A program made the position numbers and the translations under genes. DNA of 64,000 bases from Camelus dromedarius (Eukaryota): contig NC_087436.1 of the NCBI RefSeq assembly GCF_036321535.1, positions 40,922,001-40,986,000 on the forward strand. The letters run 5' to 3'. Below the pieces are notes generated by a model. It saw nothing but the letters and a program-made list of their open reading frames with translations. It did no database searches and was not told where the DNA came from. Every line of letters starts with the position of its first letter. Within the stretch, counting starts at the first letter, position 1. Shown piece after piece: positions 39,141 through 53,199 of this stretch.

Positions 39141-42100
39141 GGCATTAGATATCAAAGGTTCCAAGACTGAAAGTTGGTGAGAATAATGATCTGCCCTTTG
39201 TTCAAAGTTGCTTTCCTTTAGTTTAGTCTTCAAGCAACTAAAACGTATGCAGTTTGAGAACATGGTATCTTGTTTGCCTCTAGATTGTCTCATAGAGATG
39301 TGTATGATGTTTGGGGTTCTTGGCAGCTGTCCCAGAGTGAGTTATCTGTCCAGTTAAACAGTCAGTGTGCCTATTGCTCTTTATGTCTCCAGACATGTAG
39401 GAATCCCAACAAGCTTACATTAAAATCTAGAAAATAATATTATTACCAAGTGTTCTAGAATTACCATCACTATTATTCAAATATTTTGAAATTCTGGGAC
39501 AATCCTTCATTATCTTTGTATGAAGTATAAGACATAGATATTTTCTACTTATTCTATTAGAGGCTTTCCAAACTCAAACCTGGCCATCACCTACTGTAAT
39601 AGTAAATGTTTTACTTTAATTTATCCTTTAGAGAAAATAGATGAAGGAGTCTTGCTTTAGAGTTTATCTACTTGGCATAGAATATTGCAATTTAATAAGC
39701 TATTCTAATTGATTAGCACAGGAAAGAATAAGAAATTTGAAGTTAAAAGATCAGCCTGAATTTTAGCTTCATTAAGAGCACGAAAAAATGTATAGATTTC
39801 TCATTTGTAAAAGGATACCAGGAGTATATTTTGAGAATTTAACGTGATAATGTATATGAAAATAATCAAATTTCACACAGAGGATAGTTATCATACTTGT
39901 TTCCATGATAATAACACCATGATATCTTGCCAGTTTTTTTGTGTTATAATCTTTCTGGATATACTAAAGAGGAGAATTCATTCTACATTTTCTGTTTTGA
40001 ACAAAGGATTTGATCTACTTAAGCTTCTGTGTAAAATGTGAGAAATTCCAGAATAACAAATTAAACATATAGGTAATGAAATGGCATACTTGTACATAGT
40101 AGGTTTCTACATGCTGTTCATAGATAACTTTTAAGAAATACTTAACAGGTTAACTTGAGATTGACTTTTTTATTTTGGAATGATTGCTGTGGCATTTGAA
40201 GAAACATAAGATTAAAGTATAGCTACTTTATAGAAAACTCCCATTTATTTACATGTGATTGCTTTTATTGTATTTCAAAGTGTGAGCTACATTTGGGGAT
40301 TATTAATGAGATCTCCATCGTTAATGTCATCCACAGCTGATTCCTATCAGGAAATGACATTGACAGATTTTCTTTTCAAATGGTAAATGGTATGTCTATT
40401 TTTTCTACTTTCAAAAACATTTTCTTGGTTTTATTTGTATATGTGCTTGCAAGAGAACTAAATTTTTATTTGAATGAGTTACTTTGATGCGTGCAAAAAC
40501 AGTATAATCAATAGATTCCATTAACTCTTACTAAGAACTGAACCTTGTGAAAAGCTCTTAAGCACAAAACATAAGCACAGTAAGAAATACAGCCTTGAGT
40601 TAAACATGAGATTGACTTCCTGTGGCAACTTCCACTTCACATTTACTTTATAACCACCATTCTACTTCCCGCATTGATGACACATCTGACTTAATGAGGC
40701 GGGTGGTTAGTGAACTCTGCATGTTCTCTCAGATGAAGAACACACTCAGTGTGCCTCATTAGGGTCTCATTCTGACTATAATAAGGATGCTTACTCGTCA
40801 AAAAATCAGTGATAAACCAGTTGGCTGATTATTTTTTAAAGTTCAACTAACACATTTTTAAATGACCATGAAAACCATCTGACAAAGTAATTCAGAAGCT
40901 TGCACTTTTTTACTTGCATGACAAAGTTAACCTACAAATGATTTTAGAGTACTACTTAATTTCAGTGCAACTAAAATGCAGAAATTATATTCAAAGCAAG
41001 CTACAGTATCAGAATGAGCCATAAATTCTTGAAATTAGGCCTATTATGATTATAGTTAAGTTGAAAATAATGAGTTGCTTATTTTTCATTGCTTACTGGA
41101 CATTTAAAATAAAGTAGGATGCATAAAACAGTGGATTTTCCTTCAGCAATTGGCATCAGTAAGGAAGTGAAAATAGTTACATATATATATGTATATTCAG
41201 CTCTAGAAAATAAATGTAGACTGTGTTTTGCTGAATTGTTAATAAGATATAAGTAGAAATGCCTTATAGGCAAGTAACAATATACTATACTGCAATGAAA
41301 GGAAGAAGATGGCCACTGACTGGGGGAGAATGGGACATTTAACAAGATTAAAATTTTATTTTATTATTGTATTAGAGATATTTGCATTGTGTTAGAGACA
41401 TAGATGGACAAAATAGGTGACAGAGTAGAAATTATCTAGCTATTTAGCCCAATTTATCACAGAATATTATTAAACATTTAAAACTTTCTAATTAAATACA
41501 AAAAAGTCCTCATAGGTAAGTAGTACAAATCTCCATGTATTTGGTTCATTATTTAAAAAGCTCAAATTTGAAGAGAAGAAAACATTGTAAATGATTATCA
41601 TAGGCTTAAAATCACTTTAATTTTTTGATTAATTGGATGAAATTATTTCTATGTTTCCTTTGTTTTTTTGTTACCAACTTGATACACACACACACAAACA
41701 CACATCACAAGTTGTTGAAAGGAGTATAGCACGCATTTTGGGAGGAAGAAGAATTTCCTATACTGAAGGAGCATTTTACTAAGATTTATAACATTTCTGT
41801 GCAAGCAGAAGATGCAATTTAACATTTTGCTTGGTACACTTTATCAAAACTGCAATTAAAATTCTAGTTCTGACATTTAATGAAAACACCTAGAATTCAT
41901 GGTTTTGCATTATCTTCCCCACTAGCCCAGTTTACTGCTTGCTTCTTAACACATCACCTGCCAAATTCAGAACTGAAACAGCAAGCAGGTCATTCCAGAC
42001 TGAGTAACTAGTATCATTTTTATTGAGGTTGTCAGTCTGCAAGATACAGGTACATTTTCTGCTCTCACCTCAAAACGATTCCAGATATCCAATCATACTC

Positions 42101-42744
42101 ACAACTTGGGCTAGAGTATGGCAAAGTTTTATTTGAGAGTGAGTGTAAAAGCCAATATCCATTTTTGAATGAAAAGTGACTAAAGCATTTGTAGAGCGAT
42201 GGGTCATCTAAGGAAGGGACAACATATATTGGCATACTGTTAGGGGAGCATTGTCATAAATGGTCTATTTTCCTTTTATCATAAAAATTATGACTCTATA
42301 AAATCAAAGCGAATAGACAGAATTTTTGTGTTTGAAATCATCATTAAAATTGACTACGGATAGTTCATTTGATTCTTCTAAAATTCTGAATCTAAAATAG
42401 GGATATATTCATGTTTATTTGTATATTGGTAAACATTTATTGAGGTAATCTTAATATTTATGTTTGCAAATTCTGCAAACCATTTTCTGATGCTCAAATT
42501 GGTTTACTCATGGCAATGTCATTCTGGAAGTAAGTGATATGGAGCTGGTCCAGCTTTCTTGTTAAATCTGGAATGAAAAGTATTTTCTATAGTTTGCATC
42601 TAAAAGTAGATTTTGGAGCCAAATTGGGCAGTGGGAGTGGGGTGTTGGGGGGAGTTGTCTCAATGATAATGTCGTTGCACGAAAATCAATTACTGATCTC
42701 CACTTTACTTTGTGGAATGGATATGTTGATTGTCAATTTTTAAA

Positions 42745-42990
42745 AAATATTTTTAAAAGCTGTAGTTGATTAACAATGTTGTGTTAGTTTCTGGTGTATA
42801 TACAGCAAAGTGATTCAGTTATACATATATATGCATGTGTGTGTGTGTGTGTGTGTATGTGTATATATATATATGTTCTTTTTCTGATTCTTTTCCATTA
42901 TAGGTTATTACAAGATATTGAATATAGTTCTCTATGCTATACAGCAGGACCTTGTGGTGTATCTGTTTTATTTTTAGTAGTGTGTATCTA
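42745..42990 (-). mobile_element. L1 3' end (artiodactyl-type) with internal (TG)n/(TA)n
   Basis: tagttgattaacaatgttgtgttagtttctggtgta...cagcaaagtgattcagttatacat...ttccattataggttattacaagatattgaatatagtt. Confidence 0.9.
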
Positions 42991-43891
42991 TTTATTGTTG
43001 TTTTTTTTTTTTTTTGATGTAGGAGAAAAAAGATACATAGTAAAAACTGAAATGTGTTAAATGTTGCCAAGGGCAAAAAAGACTGTGTGGCATTTATTTT
43101 GGACAAGAAAAATAGTTTACTATTTCTAACATATCTTTCTCACAAGTCCCTTTATACAGAACACATCAATCCATGAATGTCACTTTTGTCACAGTCATCG
43201 CTGCTATTCCTTCTGGAAGCTCTACTACTGCATAGGCACAGAGCAGTTTCTGTCATAGCCTACAAGAATGGGGGAACTAAAATCTTTTCTAATATTTGTT
43301 TCCTCAACTCACTCCAGAGTTATCTAATGTTATTGTTTTTCAATTTATTTGCCATCTAAATTATTGTAATGTTACAAGATAGACCAATTAGAAATGGATT
43401 CTTTGTCAAAGACAAAAATCTAGGAGCATGCCTGTGATGCAAAGGGCAGAAAAATTTATGTAAAAGGTCCCAAGGCCCACAAAAAATCTTTAAACAATGG
43501 CATATTCCGATCCAAAGAAGAGCGATAATTTTTCAAATAGTGAAAATAAAGAAATAGTTGTAAACTTCTACTGTATCAGTCAGGAGGTTTTATCTTACAC
43601 TAATTCACCAGTTTTAAAGCTGAGTTATGATAGAGTGATTTCTGGTTATGCAAACGAACTTATTTTTAAAAGTCAGTTTGTCATCTTCCCCAATGAATTC
43701 TTTCTCACAATTCACTAATTTATCACACATTTTTTTATTTAAATAAGGAGCTTATTTAATATTTTCTTTTACAAAATAAGATGCATGAGAGCATCACTTT
43801 TGACACCATTCCTGAGAGATACAATTCTTGTCTGAATTAGAATGTGCTGTCATTAAGGATTATAATTGACATAAATAATTTGGAAGATAAA

Positions 43892-44323
43892 TATATTCAT
43901 TTCCTAGGGCTACCATAGCAAATTACCACCAACTGGTAGCTTAACACAACAGAAATTTGTCCTCTCGCAGTTCTGGGACCTAGAGGTCCAAATCAATTTG
44001 TGGACCGGGCTATGGTTGGAATCCTTCCTTGCCTCTTCCGAGCTCCTGATGGTGGCCGTCAATCCTGGTGTCCCTTGACTTGCAGCTGCACCGTTCCAGT
44101 CTGTCTCTGCTGTGCACCATGCTGGTGCCCTCTTATGCGTCCCTGTGTCTAAATTTCCCTTTTCTTATAAGCATGCCAGTCATACTGGATTAAGACCTTC
44201 CCTAAAGACCTCATCTTAATTTGATGTTATCTACAAAGACCCTATTTCCAAATAAGGTTACACAGGTACTGGTGGTTATGACTGAAACATATCTTTTAGG
44301 GGGACACAATTCAACCTTTAATA
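43892..44323 (-). mobile_element. MLT1C-like MaLR solo LTR
   Basis: tttcctagggctaccatagcaaattaccac...caaagaccctatttccaaataagg...ggggacacaattcaacc. Confidence 0.88.
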
Positions 44324-45344
44324 AATGCTATGATAGGCAGGTGCTGTATGACAATAGCTATTCAGGTACATATAATAAGTAGCAATCTGATCAGAGATGC
44401 CCATTAACACGTAGAATTCTCTAGAAACTCAGCTGGGGATCATAAATAATGGTTTCAAACCTTGTGAGGGAGAAAGGCAAGAGAGTGGCAGGCTCCCAAC
44501 CCTAGAGGGGCTTTACTAAAACATGGATCATACACACATGGATAAAAAGGAGAATCTATTTTCTAGGGAAGAGCCCAAATTCAAAAATAGACTGCTAGCC
44601 CTAATCATGGAAGTGATGCCACTTCAGAACAGAATTTCTCCTCCATTATGTCAAGATAGACTCAAGACACTAAGAAAAGTATAAACCTGAAGTTAGGGAA
44701 TCAAGCAGAATTTCTGAAGGTGAGAGGAGAACTACAAAAGTTAGAAACCAGTTATTAAAATTCACGCATTAGTATATTTTTCTCATTGTGTTATTTACTT
44801 AATATTATATCTGACTTTGTCAGTAAGTCTTGAGCCTAAAATGTTACCCTATTTTTCATTTTTTTCTGTTGAAATTCTTACAAGTTATTTCATCATTAAT
44901 AAGCATATACAGTTTGTTTCTAAAAATGAGAATACTAGCCATCCAAAATGGCAGTGCTCTCTGAAAGTTCAACGGGATTGTATTTTTTTCTGATTAAATA
45001 CTATTCACGTGCCCTCCTCTCCACTCTTCTTCCATCTGCTCTACATGGACAGCAGTTTTTGATATGTCATTGGGCACCTACCTACATAAGTAAATAATTG
45101 AGTGTGAAATAAAGCCTCATCTGTTTCTGTAAGTTCAGTTTGAAATTACATTAACCATATTAATTATGTTTGTCCATTTCATATGTATTATATTAGTCCA
45201 TATTTATGATTTTTTTGTATTATGAAAATGGGCTCTTATAATGGGCTTTTATAAGAAAATTTTCTTTTTAGTTGTGATGGGAGAATCATTTGCATTAGTA
45301 TTCATTAAAATTCATGAGTACTCATTTGATTATGAGTAAGAAAT

Positions 45345-45560
45345 ACTAAAAATACTCTGCCAGGCAATTTTTAAAGTATTTTATCCATCTTGACTCAGTA
45401 TTTAGAATAACCATATGGATTAGTTAATGTTAACCACTTCATATTTAAGATGAGAAAACTAAAGCACTGGAAGACTAAATAATTATCTCAGCATTACTCA
45501 GGAGGTAAATGTTGAAGTCTGAATATGAATTAATGAGTCACGTTCCAGAATCTTATCCTG
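45345..45560 (-). mobile_element. MIR SINE remnant
   Basis: tgccaggca...agatgagaaaactaaagcactggaagactaaataatt. Confidence 0.6.
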
Positions 45561-46109
45561 TTTACTGTCTCTCTGGGTTGTGATAAGTGTTCCCAAGACA
45601 ATATATCAGAACAGGACAGGAGCATATAAAGGATGCAGTACTACATCTTAAAAGTTTTAAAAATCATTTTTAAAATAGAGAAAGAAAACTACTATTTGTG
45701 TAATGGAGAACATGGGAAGAGTCTCTGTGGTAGGAGGGTCTATGAGTTAAGAAGTTTATGAAGTTACACTTACACATCTAGAACCTGAGTGTAGTTATTT
45801 GGGGACAAAGATTTTCAAAGATCAGTACATTTTTCTGTATTTCTAGAATTTATGAGACCTGGAAAGTAGCATTTGGAAGTAGTGATGCTTATTCACTTAG
45901 CCTCCATAGGAATAATGCATTTGAGTCTGGCACTTTGGTAGATATTTCAAAATTATATTATATATATATATATATATTTGAAAGGTATAGCACAGAGATG
46001 GCATCAGGAAAGACTATGGACACACAGAAACAACATACATGGAAGAATATTTCAAAACAAAGACAACAGCCTGTGCAAAGACCCAGAAGCCAACACCACC
46101 ATGCTACAG

Positions 46110-46520
46110 TCATTTGTGTGATTTTTCTCTGTCCTTCTTTACTTTGTTCTTCAAGAGGCTAACCCCTGAAATACTTCCAGGTGTGGCTCCAGGCTATATG
46201 TCACTAATGGGAAGCACCAGGAAAAGACTGGATGGTGTAGAAGCCAGGACATTTCTTCCATTTCACCCTTTTCAGATCATAGATTTTATCAACTACGGCT
46301 TCAGTTCCTGATTGACATCCCCTCTTTATGTAGTCCCAGTTCCCTTTAGAGAGCCTGGTATCCTGCCTGGGCTCTGGTCACATGAACTCTTCCCTTTTTC
46401 TCTCTGCTCCTCGGCATGGCAGCGGTTTCTGTTATTATCTGCTGGGCTACTTCATCCTATTTAAAAAAATTTTTTTTTGCCTTTATAGCACTTCCAACAA
46501 GTTTGTATTGGCAGTATTTA
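46110..46520 (+). mobile_element. LTR33-like ancient ERVL LTR
   Basis: aggctaacccct...aatgggaagcaccagg...ggacatttcttcc...ggcagcggtttctgtt; degenerate. Confidence 0.5.
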
Positions 46521-48481
46521 AAGCGAGGTTTGTAAATGAGTTCACTCCGAGGCAAGGTATAGAGAAGAAAGAGGGCAGACACAGACATTTGGCAAAGAAA
46601 ACTGAGAAAGAGGAGAGAAAAATAAAAGTGGAGGACCAACAGAGGAAGGCCATGGAAGCCAAGAACTGTTCATGGAGGAAGTTTCACCAACGTAAAACAT
46701 CTAGTGAAGACAGTCTGAAGTTTTTTTTTGTTGTTGGTGGTGGTGGTGGTTTCAAATTAGGAGATTAACTGGCATTTGATTAAAAAGTGAGTTAGTTTAG
46801 GAAAGAATTTTAAGGAGAAATCAAGTTTGAATGCTCACTAAGTGAGGAATGAGAGAAAAAGTTGGCCCAAGTAAGTTGAGTGATTGATGACAAGTGTTAA
46901 TGGCTGAAAATCATAAACTTTTATGCTTTCTCTCTAGCATTCCTCAGGTGCCTAGGTACAGAAGAACAAAACTTCATGTGTAGAGATGATCTACACTTCA
47001 TAGGTTATGCAGAAGGAAATAAAGGAGAAGGTAATGTTGATCCAAAGAATGCAGATCAAGTGACTAGCCACAGATCTAATATGGTAATGGGAGAAGATTA
47101 ATAACAGGGAATAAAATGGTGATTACATGGAGTTGAAGTAAAAATTATATAATTATATAGCACATATATATTTTATATTATAATGAGGCATATATAAAAG
47201 ATGTTTATGTCTCTGAAGACCTCAGAAGAAGTGCTCTAACCTAAGAGAAAAATGCCAACATCATTCAAGGATGATAAAAGGCACGATGAAGGCTACGAGA
47301 AGTAGTCTTTGAAGGATATTCAGGTTCCAAGGATGCCCAAAAGGGATATGAGGCCATTTGTGAAGACACTGTGAGTGTAAAGTATTTATTTATGATGGAA
47401 TGGTGGCCCCATTTGGCATGGGTTAGAGGGAATGTCAGTAGTGAATGATGCATCCAGGTTTCAGTGTTACCAAGCAGAATGGGAAAGAGCATAACAGAAA
47501 AGAAAACAGATCCAAACACCCTGTTTTTTGAGATGAGAATAAAAATAATAGGCATGCAGGACTGCATTTAACTGGTGGGCCTAAATACCCAAAGTTTCCA
47601 AATACACCATGATAAATATTGAATCCTAGAGCATTTTTATGCCTTTCAATTTTAAGTATTCATATTGGTTTCACTTACTCCTAACCTCATTTCTTAAATT
47701 TTGAAAATGTGTATGCACATGTGTGCCTACCTGAGCCAGTCTGTTTCAATCATTATAAAAAAATTTTAATTTCTTACTGTGTCAGAATTTACAGTGAATA
47801 ATATATCCTTATAAATTTGGTGCTCACAAAGAGAAAAAAAATCACAGGAAAGAACTGAAAAGTCGGGAGGAGTAAACAAAAGCTTTTCTCTACTTAAATT
47901 TGAAGTGTTTTTAAGCTATTTCATTGAGGTCAGCTGTTCCCTTAAAATATCATACATAGGTTTACTGGAAAAAGCACGTGAAAGAAAAAAATAATTGTGA
48001 TATCTTAATAATGGATTCATGAATTCAGTTTCATTTTGATCCATAAAAATAACAAGATGTGTTTTTTTTCAATATTTCATTCTGGTTGTGTCTAAATTTT
48101 AAACAGACTTGGTGAGCCCTGCCTCATGTTACATCCAGCTGAGGTCTCCTTCATCAGGCCCTTTCTTTGCAGGGGAGGCTAATCTACAGTTATACCAGTC
48201 AAACTAAATGTGCTAGGCAGGTATACCTGCAGTGAAACCATGGCAGTTACTGCAAAAATATCTTCTACAACCATTTGGATTAAATACCTTTTGATTATTC
48301 GTGCTACCATTTCTATCTGTCTCTAACAAATTTGCAGTTTCAGGTCAGCAAAAGCTGAAGTATTTGGAGACTATCGTCCTTACCCATTCTTGCACTTTGC
48401 CAATATTTCACTACAGTGAGAGCTGCTTCCAAAAAATATCCAAAGCAACATTTGGAGGAAAAAAATTCTTAATTGTGCATA

Positions 48482-48593
48482 ATAATATGAGGGTGGAATA
48501 TAACAGTCATAAAGTATAATCCTCTAAAGCAGTTGGATATTATGATATGAAGGTAGAATATAACAGTCATGAAATATAATCCTCTGAATCATT
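48482..48593. repeat. 60-bp tandem duplication (~1.9 copies)
   Basis: atatgagggtggaatataacagtcataaagtataatcctct recurs 60 bp later with few changes. Confidence 0.9.
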
Positions 48594-48595
48594 TA

Positions 48596-49122
48596 AGGAT
48601 CAGTTAAGAGAAGAACCACCACTGTATATAGTTTTTTAAATGAGAAAATTATTCACTAGACTAAGATCTTACACAGTTGGGAATGAAACTTAGATAGTAA
48701 AGAACTCAAATGGGAAGAATCAGAAAAAAGCCTACAACAGGTCTCCTGAGTCAGTGGTGCAGTTGAGCACATTGATTCTTGCAGAAAGTTCGGGAAGCTA
48801 GCCATGTCCAGCACTTACAAGGTCCAGAGGAGTGGGCTGCGGAATTCTGTTACCTCTTGTCATGAATGTTCCTATGAATTTGCTCCAAGCATCTGAAGAT
48901 GAGCCCAGAGTTGCAGTTGGTTAGCAGGGACCCCAGGAAGAATAGCTCAATGCAGAGCGGGAAGAGCGAGGACAAGGGAACCTGCCAGGCATCCTGCTTC
49001 AAGGACTCTAACTACAGTGACCTCCAGAGAATAATGGCTGGGGCTCAACCTCCTCCTCCTAATTTTGGTTAATTATGTTTCTTCAAAGTCATATGGGCAA
49101 GGGGATTCTCTGAAATGTAGTA
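48596..49122 (-). mobile_element. Ancient LTR remnant (family uncertain)
   Basis: Ends gggcaaggggattctctgaaatgtagt, antisense of a common old-LTR start motif; raised GC. Confidence 0.45.
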
Positions 49123-52100
49123 TCATCATTTCAGATTCTATTATCTTTTTTTTTTTTTTTTTGATAGGGATGGACTGCTCCTGCCATCATACAGCCCCTT
49201 TGAAATACTGTGTCATCATAAATACTGTAAAATGCCAAAATGTATGTGACTTTTCCTAGTGACTGCCTGGCTGCAGTGTGTTATTCTATTTCAATATTAA
49301 ATGAAGTTCAAGTATCAGTCCTTTTGGGGTTTGAACATATCAGTTTTAGCTGTTTTCAGTATTTTTAACTTACTGCTATTTCTTCCAGTTTACATGAAAC
49401 GTATTTGATAATTTATAGGCAATGTCATTCCTATTCTCTCCAGAATTGGTGAAATCAAAAACAGAGCTATTCATTTTATTATGGGTGAGAAAGTTCCTCA
49501 AATCAGTGTGAGTGATCCCTTGAGAAGTATTTAGAGTTATATATAAATACATTTAGCTATGCTTCTTATTTTTTAAGATATTACAGAGAGAACAAAATAC
49601 ATGCACATACTTATAATGCATTTCTAATGGGATGACAGTTGGCAAAACTGTTGTATGAACTGAAAGAGGATTAATTTTAGAAAAACGACAAAAATAACTT
49701 AATGAAATGATGCTATTATGTTACCATTAATTTTGAGTTTCTCCCTTTCATGCTTCCTTTTTTATTTTTATTTTAACATGTAGTAAATATAAAGCATGAA
49801 TTTTGCTGTAAAACTTCAACAGTTTCAAATGGGAATACTGTTTCTCCTTTAATTTATTTTAAAGCTGTTGCTAGATTAAATTGGAATTTTCTAACAACTA
49901 ATTTATCAGTATGTTATAAAGACTATATTTTTGCAAATGTTATCTTATTTTCAGGTTAAAATGAGCAAAAATTCCTTCCCCTATGCATACATAAATGATT
50001 CTTCATTAGTTTGCACCAGCAAATTTCAACAAGTTAGGATATTTAGCCATCAACATTTGCATATGGGGGTCTATAACCATATATGTAGCATTTAAATTTT
50101 TATCTAGCCTTTATTTTTCTCACACTATACTTTATATTAACCCCTTGCAGATAACACTAATAATCTTAAAGGCATTTTCTATTTGAGACAATTAACTCAT
50201 TTCCAAAAAAAGATAAAACAATGGTTTTATAATAGTAATTAGGTTGGCCTAATATAATAGTTATGATAATGCTAAATGTTGTAGCCTACAAACATAAAGT
50301 TATGTTTGTTCAAACAAAAGAGAATATTAGAATTTTCTTATATTCTCATGTAAATTCCAAAACAGTGTTTCTGATCAGCAGGCAGTGTTCCTTTAATTGA
50401 TGATTTATAAAGAATCATAAATTCATTAGGAATCATAATCCACATAGAATTAGATCCTTCCAGTTTGTGGCTCAGCCATCCCCAGATGGCTTAGCTCATC
50501 TGCCCTTGGATATAAATAAAAAGATCATAGTGATTTAGATGTGATGATTTTAATAAGCCTTATATCACATCTAACAGTACACACTTATGTGGCCGTGAAT
50601 AATTTGCCAAGAGCCTGAAAAATCAATTCAACTGTATACTGATGAAGAAGAGGAACGGATTAGAGGAGCTGCTAGCCAGTCTCCTTCAAGCAAAGTGAGT
50701 TATTGGAAAATATTATTGAAATGCTAGTTTGGGGAAGTATTGTGTCCCAGGAAATAAAATGAATTTGTTTGGAAGAAAAGAGTACTTTAGTATTTGCTAC
50801 ATCACGTTCTTGTTCTCACTTTTGCATCTCACATACTTCCTGGTTAGCTTTTGACATTTGTGAGATAGTCAAGTCTAAAACTATTTATTGTCACCAGTCT
50901 CCCTGCACCACAAGAAAAGAGATTGGGAAGTTATCTGAAGGTTGCACATGAGAAAAGTATCCAAGACGGTTGAATCCTTAGAAGCCATGACAAAAGTCTG
51001 AAGATTTTGTAATGTGTGTATTTGGGGAAAGAGGTTTATTTATTAGTATAATTTTCACAGTTAACAAATGTGAAAAACAGTCAGTCTAATTTTCAGCTTA
51101 ATAAGGCTATTGTTATTTTATGGGATCTAGCAGAGTCATCTTGGGAGAACAACACTCATAGGATAAAGTTGGAGAAATGTTTGTTTGAGGTCCAAACAAT
51201 TCTAAAACCATCTTCTGAAAATAGGTTGTGTGTGGTGACTGAGAGGTCCTTCCCACTGATTTTGCTATCCATGATTTTTGAAAGACTAGATAGTTAAACT
51301 TCTTATACAGAATCCAGCACTGACCAGAATAAATGTGATTTGAATTAGTCTACTTATTTTGATACCGTAGCCCACAGTCCAGCATAAGGTAAAATCTAGC
51401 ATGAGGTGAATGAACATCAAATTTTCTTTTCCTGCATTAACAGCTACCACAAAATGGAAAAATTTACTTGAAAAGCATAACTACCCAAAGGACTTCAATC
51501 AATATTCTTCTTATTTTAATATTAAAGACACTTAAACCAATGCACTTATCTTCAGAAAGTAACTAAATTCCCTTAGCTCTCATAAGTATTTTCATATTGT
51601 AATGATTTCCATGATTAGTTTTATTGTGAACTTGACCTTCTCTTTGAGATTAATGTTTTTTAATGATGGGGAGTTATTTTAATATTTACATTAATTGATT
51701 ATATTATAAACTTGACTTTTCCTTTGAACTTTGTATTAAATAAGAGTTGTTTTAATATTTCCATTTTCAATTATGCATCTATTATATTATAAGATAATAT
51801 AGCAAGTTTTATTTATTGGGATTAATTGATACTTTCATTTACTTAATATGGATTAGTGCTTTTGCATGTTCTAAGTTGATTTAAAGGTGTATTACCCAGG
51901 TTCATGATATACCATTTGAGATATTTCTTACAAATAAAATACTTAATAATTTCATATTTTTCATCCTTAATTCTTTTATACCTAATTTATTTGACAAATA
52001 CAAAACTTCTAACAGCTTTTTTCTGTCTTGAAGTTTATTAATATGCAAGTATTATCAGTTAATGAAACTGCATACAAAATTGTGCCCTATATAGAAATAT

Positions 52101-53059
52101 CTATTTTTGCTATTATTTTTCTACTAAATGAATTTTTGTTGGTTATTTATATTTTAAAACCTGATTTGCTTGTTTTGTGTTGCAATTTTTTTGTTTCCCT
52201 CCCAACCCCTTTTTAAAACTGTCAACCTTTCTGCTTAAAAATCTATACAAATTCTGTTAGAGTCTTACTCTCATGCATTTTAAAACATGCCTAGATGTTA
52301 TACATGGGTTTTCGTGCCCTCCAGTTTTTCACTCTAACTGAATCTTATTTAGCTGTCCTACAGAGGGAGACTATGTTCTCAATGTCTCCTTTACTTACTG
52401 TTTTGAATAGGTAAGTATTATTTATTCCCACATAATAGGACTGAGCTCTTTTCTTGACAAAAACCAATAAAAGAAACACTAAATTCTTCAGAGGTAACTG
52501 GTTCCAAATCTAGCTTCTTTTCCTGTTCGGTCATTTCCTTTTTTTTTTTAGTAAAATAGCACACCCTGTATATCTCTACCCTTTTTTGGTATATTTGGCT
52601 TTTAGGTAAGTCTCTCTGATGAATTTACATGATAAAATAGGGGTTTAATATCTCCTCTCCTCCACTTCTCAGAAATCTTTATTCACACTGGATTCATTTT
52701 GAGCAAGAGCAATCAAGAGTATTCTGAGCTATATGCAAACCCTGCAGGGATCCTTGTGGCCACCAGATTTACATATACATGTGTTCCCAATAAAGAAAAA
52801 CAAACAAGCAAAGATATATAAGGAGTTTTCCAGTTAGATCAAACAATTATATTACATACCTATTGAAACTTGGTTAAGTTTAAAGTAATTTTTAACAACA
52901 TTATTCAGCGGTTCATAAATTTTGTTATATATCAGAGTAATCTGGAAATTTTTCTTTTCAATGACGATAATGGAACTAAGTCTGAGGGTATCTGGAATTT
53001 TATGGAATTTTAGTTCTGGCATGGGCTCTCTCCTCTAGATTTTTTTTTAATTAAACTTT

Positions 53060-53190
53060 TTTTTTTTTTTGAGATACTTGTAGTTCTACAGCTTGTGTAT
53101 GTTTACTCTGTTTCCTAGAATGGTAGCATCTTGCAAACTATAGTTCAATATCACAACCAGGATACTGATATTGAAACAGTAAAGATAATG
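53060..53190 (-). mobile_element. L1MC-like 3' end fragment
   Basis: polyT then aatggtagcatcttgcaaactatagttcaatatcacaaccaggatactgatattga. Confidence 0.7.
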
Positions 53191-53199
53191 AACTAAGGA

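Noticed and set aside
40675..40775. Box C/D snoRNA (TGATGA ... CTGA)
   Set aside because: No terminal stem and no convincing rRNA/snRNA antisense element recognised
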